Source of the DNA: Mantamonas sphyraenae STR306
Lineage: Eukaryota; Protista; CRuMs
Length of the DNA stretch: 64,000 bases
Direction of reading: 5' to 3'
NCBI GenBank assembly: GCA_026936335.1
Contig: JAPMXV010000068.1
Coordinates: forward strand, 1-64,000
The first letter of the stretch is position 1. Each line of letters begins with the position of its first letter. A model generated the notes under the pieces. The model worked only from the letters and a program-made list of their open reading frames with translations, made no database searches and was not told the DNA's origin. A program made the translations under genes and the position numbers. Of the stretch, positions 11,081 through 20,839 are shown in pieces.

Positions 11081-12589
11081 ATGAACAGGGGTGCGTGGAA
11101 ACGTGCCGCACACACCACGTCCACCTGCATAACCGTCCACGGCGCCCGCAGTGGAGGCCCACGCCTTCAGGTCGGCCGATTTTCAACACTCCACCCTGCT
11201 TTCCTGCGCACAGCACACACGCACACACGCCACATTCCCGCCGCCACACACACATCCACACCCGTCCGCACCCGCAGCGACGCGCTGCGCCCTGCTGTGG
11301 GCCTCGCCGAGCTTCACTCGCACCAAGCTACGTGGAGGCGGACACAACTCGGCATCCTGCACCGCTGTGCACACGCAGACTCTGCCAACACATCTCTTTA
11401 CGCAAATATGGCCACCGACGCGCAGCAAGAGGCACCTGTTGAACAGGAGCCCAAGAAGAGGCCCTTTAGCCTGCGCATTCCGCGCGACGGCGTCTTCTCC
11501 GTCTACCACGGCGACATCCAGGGCATCACCAAGGCAGGACGTGCCGAAGACGACTCGGACGCTGTCAATGCCTCCAAGCGTGCTGTCTACACGGCTATCG
11601 GCTCAAACATGCTTGTCACAGCCGCCAAGTTTTCTGCCTTTGCCGTCACCCAGTCGGGCTCCATGTTTGCCGAGTCCATCCACAGCATGGCCGACGTCTT
11701 CAACCAGATGCTTCTTGCTCTGGGTATCCATCGCAGCGAGCAGCCCGCCAACGAGCGTCATCCCTACGGCCGCGCCCCCGAGCAGTTTGCCTGGGCCCTT
11801 GTCTCCGGTGTCGGCATCTTCTTCCTCGGCTGTGGTGTCAGCGTCTACCACGGCATCGACGGCATCCTCAACCCGTCCACTGTCGAGTCCATCCCCATTG
11901 CCCTCGGCGTCCTCGGCCTCAGCGCCCTCGCCGACGGCTACTCCATGTGGGCCGCCATCCGCGCCATCCGCATCGGCGCTGCACGCCACAAGATGACCAT
12001 GAAGGAGTATGTTGTGCGTGGTCCGGACCCCATGGCTGTCGGCGTCCTCATGGAGGATGCCGTCGCTCTCGCAGGCGTCACCGTCGCTGCAACCTGCCTC
12101 GGGCTCACCTACTGGACAGGCAACAGCATCTACGACGCTGCAGGCAGCGTGGTTGTTGGTGGCCTCCTTGGCGCCGTTGCCGTCTTTCTCATCCGCAAGA
12201 ACATCGACTCCCTTGCAGGCCGCGCCATCGAGCGCCACCAGCAGGTCCTCCTGCAGCAAAAGCTCAACAGCGATCCCGTCGTCAAGTATGTCCACTCCAT
12301 CAAGGCAGTCACCATGGGTCCCAGTGCCGTCCGCCTCAACGCAGAGATTGCCATCGACAGCTGGCCCCTTGCCAGCGCCTTTGTCCACACAAACAAGCGC
12401 CAGCTGCTCCAGCAGCTCGAGCAGTGTGACACCGAAGAGAAAAAGGCCCTTTTCCTCAAGCAGTACGGCAGTGCGCTCGTCGACAGCCTCGGCTACGAGG
12501 TCGACCGCCTCGAAAAGATCATCCAGGACACCATCCCAGAGGTCAAGTATGTCGACCTCGAATTCCACGGCGAAGAGAAGCGACGATGA
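11081..12589 (+). CDS. SLC30A9: Cation diffusion facilitator, ZnT9/MTP7 type, probable mitochondrial presequence
   Basis: AESIHSMAD, HPYG, GVGIFFLGCGVSVYHG, VLMED, E.DRLEK.I....PEVKYVDLE; Arg/His/Ala-rich N-terminus; start uncertain. Confidence 0.85.
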   Translation: MNRGAWKRAAHTTSTCITVHGARSGGPRLQVGRFSTLHPAFLRTAHTHTRHIPAATHTSTPVRTRSDALRPAVGLAELHSHQATWRRTQLGILHRCAHADSANTSLYANMATDAQQEAPVEQEPKKRPFSLRIPRDGVFSVYHGDIQGITKAGRAEDDSDAVNASKRAVYTAIGSNMLVTAAKFSAFAVTQSGSMFAESIHSMADVFNQMLLALGIHRSEQPANERHPYGRAPEQFAWALVSGVGIFFLGCGVSVYHGIDGILNPSTVESIPIALGVLGLSALADGYSMWAAIRAIRIGAARHKMTMKEYVVRGPDPMAVGVLMEDAVALAGVTVAATCLGLTYWTGNSIYDAAGSVVVGGLLGAVAVFLIRKNIDSLAGRAIERHQQVLLQQKLNSDPVVKYVHSIKAVTMGPSAVRLNAEIAIDSWPLASAFVHTNKRQLLQQLEQCDTEEKKALFLKQYGSALVDSLGYEVDRLEKIIQDTIPEVKYVDLEFHGEEKRR

Positions 12590-12671
12590 ACCTGTAAACT
12601 GTAAACACCCAGCACCCCACCCTACCATCCAACTCCCAGCACCCTCCAGGCCAAACCAAACGCGTGAATCG

Positions 12672-13769
12672 ATGGACTCGCCAACACCCACGCTCGGCGA
12701 CTGTCTCCTCGAGGAGGACAGCGACCTCACGTGCGCCATCTGTCTTGATGTCTTTTCCGATGCGGTCTCTCTGCAGTGTGGCCATTCCTTCTGCGAGGAG
12801 TGCGTCAAGAGCGTTTCAAATTGCCCACTTTGCCGTGAACGCAAACAGGCTGCCTTTCCAAACCACATCGTGCGCAGAATGGTTTCCCAGCTCCAAGTCC
12901 ACTGCATGTACGGCGTCCAATGGGACAGTTCCCAACAGGCATGGGTTGTTCCCGACGACGACGCACAAACCCTTTGCCCCAAAATCCTTGCTGCCGAGGC
13001 CTGGGCTTCCCACGCTGCCTCCTGCCCGCACCGCCCGGTCACCTGCGCCTGGCCAGACTGCTCCGAAACATTTCCTGCCACAGAGATCGATGACCACCAC
13101 CACCAGTGTGCCCACCGCCTGGATGTGGACGCAACGCTTGCCCTTCTCCGCCGAGTCGAGGCCCTCGAGAAGGACAAGAAGGAGCTGCAAGAGACCCTCA
13201 TGGAGATGGGAAAGGGGATGAGCAGTACCTCTTCTTCCTCCTCCTCCTCCTCCTCCTCCTCCTCCTCCTCCACATCCTCCTCCACATCCTCCTACTCCCT
13301 CAATTCCTCCACCACCACCACCACCTCCTCCTCCTCCCTCGACAAACTCTGCACACGACACCTCACCGGCACAACCTTTATGCCCATGCGAGTCTTTCAA
13401 TGCGCTACGTGCGACTTTCGCCAGGGAGAAGTGGTCTGTGTCGAGTGTGCTGCCGTTTGCCACCGAGGCCACGCAGGTCGCACCTACACAAGCCAGAGCG
13501 CCTACTGCGACTGTAGAGACATCGGAGGCTGTTGTCTTACAAGCAACGACGAGCTGTGCACCCGCTCTGTCCTTGGCTCCTCCCTTGTGCCGCAGTACGC
13601 GGTCCGCTGCAACACCTGCGGAATCACCGACGGCATGTGCGTTTGCCTCGCCTGCTCCCGCAAATGCCACCACGGCCATTCCCTCACCCTCACCCTCTCC
13701 AAAGCCGCCTTTTGCGACTGCCGCGATGTCGGCTCCTGCCTGTGTGTCGACCACAAGGCCTCCTCGTGA
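12672..13769 (+). CDS. RING - TRAF Zn finger - coiled coil - poly-Ser - two UBR-box-like Zn fingers; paralogue of 5497..6411
   Basis: Same domain order and a shared C.YG..WD..Q insert; two CT....C..C....C..CA..CH.GH....CDC units. Confidence 0.88.
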   Translation: MDSPTPTLGDCLLEEDSDLTCAICLDVFSDAVSLQCGHSFCEECVKSVSNCPLCRERKQAAFPNHIVRRMVSQLQVHCMYGVQWDSSQQAWVVPDDDAQTLCPKILAAEAWASHAASCPHRPVTCAWPDCSETFPATEIDDHHHQCAHRLDVDATLALLRRVEALEKDKKELQETLMEMGKGMSSTSSSSSSSSSSSSSSTSSSTSSYSLNSSTTTTTSSSSLDKLCTRHLTGTTFMPMRVFQCATCDFRQGEVVCVECAAVCHRGHAGRTYTSQSAYCDCRDIGGCCLTSNDELCTRSVLGSSLVPQYAVRCNTCGITDGMCVCLACSRKCHHGHSLTLTLSKAAFCDCRDVGSCLCVDHKASS

Positions 13770-13801
13770 CAACCCAACAAAATCCCCCCCCACCGTTCCC
13801 A

Positions 13802-16302
13802 ATGTCCAAAAAGCATCGCAGCACGCCTTCCCCAGCGTCCGAACTAGCCGCTGTGGACGACTCCTCCGACAAAGTGCTCGCAATTCCGGAGACCGACTCC
13901 GGACACTCCGGACCGCACCTCGAACGCATCGAATCTTCCCTTTCCACCACCAGTGTGCGCTCCACCACAAACCTCCTCGAGATGACGCAGTCCGAAAACA
14001 ACGCCAGCGAACGCCACAGATCCTCCAAGCACCGTGGTTCCATCCTCGGCCGTGATGGCAGCGCCGGCTCCCTTCTTTCCAAGATGAAGCGAAGCAAGTC
14101 CTCCATTTTCCGCCGAAACCACGACAACGACGCCGACAACGACGACAACGACGCCCAAGAAGAGCACGAAGAGGGCAATGACTCCCCCACGGGTCCCTAC
14201 CTGACCCGCGGGGGCCCCAAGGCTGCCCAAGGCTCCTCCTCCTCCTCCTCCAGCCACGGACTCAAAAAGTTTCGCCTGCCCAAGAGCATGAGCATCAACA
14301 AGATCCAGCTCCACAGCAAAAAGGCACGCATGCAGCGCCAGGGCGTTCGTGGTGACGACGCACCGCCCTCTGCAGAGAGCAGTGGCCGTCCACGCAGAGG
14401 CACAAAGACCCGCTCCAACAAACCCGGCCGCAGTGCCAAGAAGAAGAACTCCAACAAGTCACGCCTCACCTCCCGCGACCGTCCTCTCGACTCGGTCGAC
14501 ACAGACAACACCAACGACACGCCGTCCGCCTCCCAGGACGAGGGCGGAGAGCCGTCCCCGCCCCTCGAGAATGCAGATCCGAGCGAGGCCTCAGTCTCCA
14601 CCTCCGGTGACACCGAACGCCTCAACGACGACGACGAGCAACCCGTACGCCGCACGGGCGGTCCCACTGTCGTTGGTGTTCGCGAGGTCAACCCCAACCT
14701 CACCTCCCGGAACCTGCGCCGCGACTCGGCCGATTCCTCAGCCTCTGACGCCTCTGGTTCCTCCTACTCTGGTTCCGTCTCTGGCTCCTCCTACTCCTCC
14801 TACACTGGTTCCTACTCCGAATCTTACTTTTCTGGCAGCGAGTACGACGACACCATCCCCCCTCCCGAGCGAATCCAGGTAAGCCCTGATGCACTGCGCC
14901 CGCCTCCTCCCCCCACCCCCTACCCTTCTCCCTACTCACTCCTCCTCCCCCCCCCCACCCCTCCCCCCCCCACCCCCACTCCTCACAGCAAACCGCGTCG
15001 GGCTTCACCGACTTTTGCGTTCAAAACCTCAACCTGGCCGAGGCCGGCCGTGCTCTCATCACCACCGCCGAAACCTCCATGCCGGGCCTCATGCACCTTC
15101 GCCAGCTCCACAGCCACAAGGCTCCCCTCAAGGGCGCCATGATTGCAGGATGCCTCCACCTGACCAAGGAAACCGCCGTGCTCATCGAAACCCTGGTCGC
15201 CCTGGGCGCTCAGTGCCGCTGGGCCTCTTCCAACATCTACTCTACCCAGGACGAAAGTGCCGCCGCTCTTGCCGACGCTGGCGTTTCCGTCTTTGGTTGG
15301 CGTGGCGAGAACGAGGAGCAGTTTTGGTGGTGCCTGCGCCAGACCCTTGTCAGCCAGGATGGCTCCTTCAAAGCAAACATGATCCTTGACGATGGCGGCG
15401 ACCTCACCCAGCTCTGCCACGAAGAGTTTCCGGGCCTCCTCGAAAACATGAAGGGCATCACAGAAGCCACCACAAACGGCGTCCACCGCATGTACCAGCT
15501 CGCACAGAACTCGGAGCTCCGCTGCCCCGTCATGAATGTCAACGACAGCGTCACAAAGTCCAAGTTTGACAACTACTACGGATGCCGCGAGAGTGTCGTC
15601 GAGAGCGTCAAGATCGCCACAAACACCATGATGAGCGGCAAGACCGTCGTCATTGCTGGCTACGGCGAGGTGGGCAAGGCCTGTGCCCATGCCTTCTCCT
15701 CTGTCGCCTCTCTCATCTATATCGTCGAGGTCGACCCCATCTGTGCCCTCCAGGCCTGCATGGAGGGCTACCGCGTCGTCAAGATGGACAAGGTCGTCCA
15801 CATGGGCGACATCTTTGTCACTGCCACGGGCAACAAGGACGTCATTACCGTCGAGCACATGGAGGCCATGAAGGACGGTGCCATTCTCTGTAACATGGGC
15901 CATTTCGACACGGAAATCGCCATCCACGATCTCAAGGAGGACCCCAGCCTCTCCTGGCAGCAGATGAAGCCCCAGGTCCACCGCGTCGTCTGGCCCAACG
16001 GCCACTTTCTCGTCGTCCTTGCAGAAGGGCGTCTCGTCAACCTTTCCTGTGGCGCCGGCCACCCTTCCTTTGCCATGTCCATCAGTTTCACCAGCCAGGT
16101 CCTCGCACAGATCGAGCTCTACGAACATGCCGCAAAGTACGACAAGGAGGTTTACGTCCTGCCCAAGCTCCTCGACGAAGAGGTAGCCCGGTTGCATCTC
16201 AAGCGCTTTGAGGCTGAGTTGACCGAGCTCACCGACGAACAGGCTCAGTACATCGGTGTCCGCACCACAGGCCCCTACAAAGCCGACACCTACCGCTACT
16301 GA
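13802..16302 (+). CDS. AHCYL1: IRBIT/AHCYL-type S-adenosylhomocysteine hydrolase-like protein (~796 aa) with disordered, Ser-rich N-terminus
   Basis: Intron 14879-14988 joins a 359-aa N-terminal exon to the AHCY fold; AHCYL-type residues GAQCRW, NIYSTQ, FWWC, GYGEVGK, DPICALQACM, CNMGH, NLSC. Confidence 0.85.
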
Positions 16303-16471
16303 TCGACCCTGTCGTCACCCATCACCCCACCAACAAATGCTTTTCCTCTCTGTTCACACAATCATGCAAGACGTCAATACATCGGCGTCCGCACCATCGT
16401 CACCCATCACCCCACCAACAAACAATTGTTTTTCCTCTCTGTTCACAGCGCCCAACTCATGCAAGACGTCA
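16249..16471 (+). repeat. Imperfect local tandem duplication containing a 35-nt match to 21188-21222
   Basis: TACATCGGYGTCCGCACCA at 16249 and 16378; TCGTCACCCATCACCCCACCAACAAA twice; 16433-16467 matches 21188-21222 at 34 of 35 nt. Confidence 0.9.
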
Positions 16472-16527
16472 GGACGTCGTCAACCCTTCCATCCCTCTGC
16501 CCCATCCAACCAAACTCCCCCCGAGAG

Positions 16528-19434
16528 ATGCGCTTTCTTCTTCTCGCCTTGCTTCTCCTCAGCATGGCCGCCCTCTGCCGTGCCGCTGTCATCGGCATCG
16601 ACTTTGGTTCCCAAAACGTAAAGGTTGCCCTCATCAAGCCGGGCAAGCCTGTCACGGTCGTCCTCAACGACCAGTCCAAACGCAAGACCCCCAACGCCGT
16701 CGCCTTCCACAAGGTCTCGGACGAGCGCTTCGTCGGTGCAGATGCCCTTGCCCTTGTACGTGCCTTTCACACGCCACCACACCATTCCGTCTACCCACGT
16801 GCACAACCCTGCTTCTCCTCCCGTCACCGTCCTTTGTGCGACCCGGGGCCCCCAATGCGCCGCCGCACGTGACGTCACTTTCCGTCCGCCGCCCCACCCC
16901 CGCCATGCCACACCCTTCCTCCACCATCCTCCCACCCACCATCGTGCATGCCCTTCTCCTAGCCCACCCACTGCACTGTCCACCCTCCTCTCGCACTCTC
17001 TATGCCGTGCACCTCGCTTCACGTGCCCCTCTCACACATTCGGCCTCACTCCTTTTCGCTCCCGCAGAACGGCCGTCAGCCCCAGCTCGTCTTCCAGAAC
17101 ATCAAGTACCTGCTGGGCAAGAAGTACTCTCCGTCTTTGGACGCCTACTTCCGCTCCCTCAACCTGCCCTACACGCTCAAGCCCACCGAAGACGGCGCAC
17201 GCGTTCGCATCCAGAAGAAGGACACCTCCTTCAGCCCCGAGGAGATCCTGGCCCAGGTCTTCCAGTACATCCGCAAGATTGCCATCAAGCATGCCGGGGC
17301 AGACGTCCGCGACGCCGTCATCACCGTGCCCAACTACTTCACCGCCGCCGAGCGCCGCGCCCTCACCGACGCCGCCGAACTCGCAGGCCTCAAGGTTCTT
17401 TCCCTCCTCGGCGACACCACCGCCGTCGCCATGGGTTTTGGCATCGAGCGACGCTTCGAGCAGCCCCAGTCCTACATCTTTTACGACATGGGCGCCCAAG
17501 GTGTCAAGGTCTCTCTCGTCCACTTTAGCAAGCGGCCCACAAAGACCACCCCGGGCACTGTCGTCGTGCGCAACACCCAGTGGGACCGCACTGTTGGTGG
17601 CGACCAGTTTGACGCACGTCTCGTCGAGTACTTTGCCCAGGAGTTTGCCAAACAGCCCGGAGTCGACATCGACCCGCGCTCCAAGCCCCGCATCATGGCC
17701 AAGCTCGCCAAGGTGGCCACCAAGGCCAAGGAGGTCCTCAGTGCAAACACAGAAACAGTCGCTTCCATCGAGAGCCTCTACAACGACGCAGACTTTCGCG
17801 TGCATCTCACGCGCAGCCAGTTTGAGGAGCTCTGCGCAGACCTGCTTCAGGACGCCGTCGAGCCTCTGCGCCGCTTGCAAAAGGAGGCCAACGTCAACTT
17901 TGACGACATTGTCGACCTGGAAATGTTTGGCAGTGGCGCACGCATCCCGCGCCTGCAACAGATGCTTGCCGACGTGTTTGGCCGCCCGCTTGCCAAGCAC
18001 GTCAACGCAGACGAGGCCGCCGTCGTCGGTGCCACCTACCAGGCTGCCAAGCTCAGCGCAAGCTTCCATGTCCGCTTCGAGGCTGTCGACGTAGCCGCCC
18101 ACCAGATCCAGGTGGGCAAGCTCGGCCACCGTGCAACCACCCTCTACGCTGCCACAAACAAGTGCAACACGAAAAAGATGCTCACCTTCAACAAGATCGA
18201 AGACGTCACCCTGGAGACTCGCTACCTCCTCGACGACGCCGAGCAGCTGCTCCTCGAGCCCGTCATCAGCCAGACCGAGGTCACCGGCGTCCAGGCAAAC
18301 TTTGTCGACAAATTCAACGACACGGGCCTCAACATCACCGGCGCCCCCAAGATCCAGGTCACCTTTAACCTGGACGGCAACGGTTACTTCCGCGTACGCA
18401 AGGCCGACGTCACCGTCACCGAGAGCTACCCGGTGCAGGTCGAGGTCAAGCCCACCAAGGAGGAGCTGGCTGCTCGAAAGAAGGCTGCCAAGGCCGCCAA
18501 GGGCGACGACGACGACGAAGACGACGAGCCCCTCGTCGACCCGGAGCCCGTGTACACAACCGTGTTCAAGAAGCGCAGCCACAAGTATGCCCTGGACGTG
18601 GCCACACGCAACGACCAGGCCGCAGGCATCGACGCAAAGGCCCGTGCCATTTCCTTGGCCGTCCTGCGCACCATCGACACCCTCGAGGCCGAGCGCCAGC
18701 AGACCGCCGTGGCCAAAAACTCTCTCGAGAGCTACATCTACACCACCAAGGACAAGCTGTCCGACGAGGGCGTGGAGAGCGTGAGCACACCCGAGCAACG
18801 CGAGCGTGTGGGCAAGGCTCTGGACGACGCCGGCGAATGGCTGTACGACGAGGGCGAGGACACCACCGCCAGCGCCTACTTGGCCAAGCTGCAGGAGTGC
18901 AAGGACACAGGCGCCGAAGCCATCTTCTTGCGCCATGCAGAGCTCAGCAAGCGCCCGCGCGCAGCCGCTGCTCTGCGCAAGGCCAGCGAACTCGCAGCCA
19001 AGAAGCTGGCCGAGTGGCGTGCAGACAAGTACGCAGGCCCCTCCAAATCCGAGCTCGACATGCTCGAGGAGCTTATCGACTCGGCCGAGCAGTGGCTCTC
19101 CAAGAAGCTCGCTGAGCAGGACAAGCGCAAGGGCCATGAAGAACTCGTTGTCCTCAGTGCAGACATCCAGGCCCGCGCAAAGGACATCGGCCGTCGCCTC
19201 ACCACCCTCAGCAAGAAGCCGCGCAAGCCCACGCCTACGCCCACACCCACCCCCAAGCCCAAGAAGGCCAGCAAGAAGGCCCAGCAAGACATAGCCGACG
19301 CCGACGCTGAGCCCGAACCCCAACCCGACGCAGACGCAAACGCTGACGCAAACGCTGACGACGACGAAGAGGCAGACGCAGACGCAGACGCCCAACCCCA
19401 GCAGGACGTCGACGAAGAGGAGCACGAAGATTAG
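16528..19434 (+). CDS. HYOU1: ER Hsp70-family nucleotide exchange factor GRP170/HYOU1/Lhs1
   Basis: Signal peptide, VIGIDFGSQNVKVALIKPG, SKRKTP, YDMGA, KAKEVLSAN, NADEAA, AKNSLESYIY, WLYDEG; intron 16756-17067. Confidence 0.93.
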
Positions 19435-19495
19435 AAAACAACCCCCAATGCATTCAATTCCACACTCCCCCCCCCCCGCCGCAACCCATTCCCAC

Positions 19496-20815
19496 ATGCT
19501 TGGTGCAAAGAAACCCAAACGACACCAATTCCAGGTCGTTCAGGTGTGCACATATCTCAAAGTCCTGTACCAGGGCGCACACTACCTGGTCGACTACACC
19601 TCTCGCGAGGTCTTTCGCCTGGACAACCTCAAGGAACCATGCGGCAGACTCACAAGCGGCTCGGCGATGCTCGAAGGCCAAATCCACTTTTTCCCCAGTG
19701 GCAGCGGCCGTGTCCGCCTGGCCAGCCGCATGAGTGTCTCTTCCCGCGACAGCCACGAGTCCGACGACGACGATGACGACGACAACGACCAAGATCGAAA
19801 CTCCACTGCCTCCTCCGCAGACTCTGCCGACGAAAACGACCACGACGACAACAACGACCACGACGACGAAGCTGCCTCCTCCTCCGCCGCCTCTCCGACC
19901 CATCTCATCTCCCACTGGGCAAAGTCGCCCGGAAGCTCCTCTCTCACCTCTGCCTCCAACATCCCCGCCATGGACCAGCCCCTGGCCAGACCCGCCGCCA
20001 AGGCACCGGGTCCAAGCACCAACGTGCTCTTTGCCGGCGTCGACCTCACTGCCCTTCGCAACAAGAAGCAACAGGACGCCGCTGCAGCTGCCTCCAACTC
20101 CAACACCAACGATGCACAAGACTCGCCAGGCTACATGGCAGACGTCTCCACAACCACCATCGAACGTGCAGGCAGCGCCGCCAGCGACGCCTCGTCTCCA
20201 GGCTCTGGGTACACCTTTGGCTACGGCAAGTTCCACTCCGCCGGCGTCGCCTACACAAACAGCGAAGACGACCACGACTACGATTACGGCCGCATGATCC
20301 CCAGCAAGGCCACAAAAGGCCGCTATGCAGGCTGGAAAACCACAGCCGCTCGCCAAGGCGCAATCCAACGCACCCTCAACGCAAAGGGCCTTGGCCCACA
20401 CCTCAGCGGCGACGACTTTGCCAGCGACGAAGAGGATCCCGAGGACGATGACCACGACGACAATCCCGTCACCTTTGACCTCGCCGACCTCGACGACGAC
20501 GACAACTCTTCCCACTCCACCTCCCATTCCTCAACCGCCAGCAGCCCTCGTCTCACCTCTGATGCCGCAGACTGTGTCGAATGCTCCTTTCTCGAAGATC
20601 TCTCAGGCGCAGACATCCACGCCTGCAGCGAATGCCACCTCGGCGCCTGCGACACCCACGGCGAAGCCTGCCCAAACTGCGGCACCTTTTACTGCTCCAC
20701 CTGCGGCGACGACGAAATCCACTCCTGTACAGAACAACACTGCGACGTACGTGCATGTGCCTGCACCATGCACGAAGTCGACTTTGAGTGGCTATGCCCA
20801 GACCACACCCCGTAG
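19496..20815 (+). CDS. Unknown protein: small N-terminal beta domain, acidic disordered middle, C-terminal multi-CxxC Zn-binding region
   Basis: Open frame with genome-typical codon usage; C-terminus CVEC..CSEC..C..H..CPNC..CSTC..C...HC..C.C..H..CPDH. Confidence 0.75.
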   Translation: MLGAKKPKRHQFQVVQVCTYLKVLYQGAHYLVDYTSREVFRLDNLKEPCGRLTSGSAMLEGQIHFFPSGSGRVRLASRMSVSSRDSHESDDDDDDDNDQDRNSTASSADSADENDHDDNNDHDDEAASSSAASPTHLISHWAKSPGSSSLTSASNIPAMDQPLARPAAKAPGPSTNVLFAGVDLTALRNKKQQDAAAAASNSNTNDAQDSPGYMADVSTTTIERAGSAASDASSPGSGYTFGYGKFHSAGVAYTNSEDDHDYDYGRMIPSKATKGRYAGWKTTAARQGAIQRTLNAKGLGPHLSGDDFASDEEDPEDDDHDDNPVTFDLADLDDDDNSSHSTSHSSTASSPRLTSDAADCVECSFLEDLSGADIHACSECHLGACDTHGEACPNCGTFYCSTCGDDEIHSCTEQHCDVRACACTMHEVDFEWLCPDHTP

Positions 20816-20839
20816 TCCCGTCCAACGAAAACACACACA

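Noticed and set aside
19432-19434. Stop-codon reassignment (TAG read as Leu)
   Set aside because: TAG, TAA and TGA all close genes at plausible ends, no in-frame stops occur in conserved domains, and read-through would not give a terminal HEDL
17032-19518. Long antisense and alternative-frame ORFs (this one, 1965..3881, 59114..60931 and many others)
   Set aside because: Shadow ORFs caused by high GC and codon bias of the real genes; no protein-like motifs
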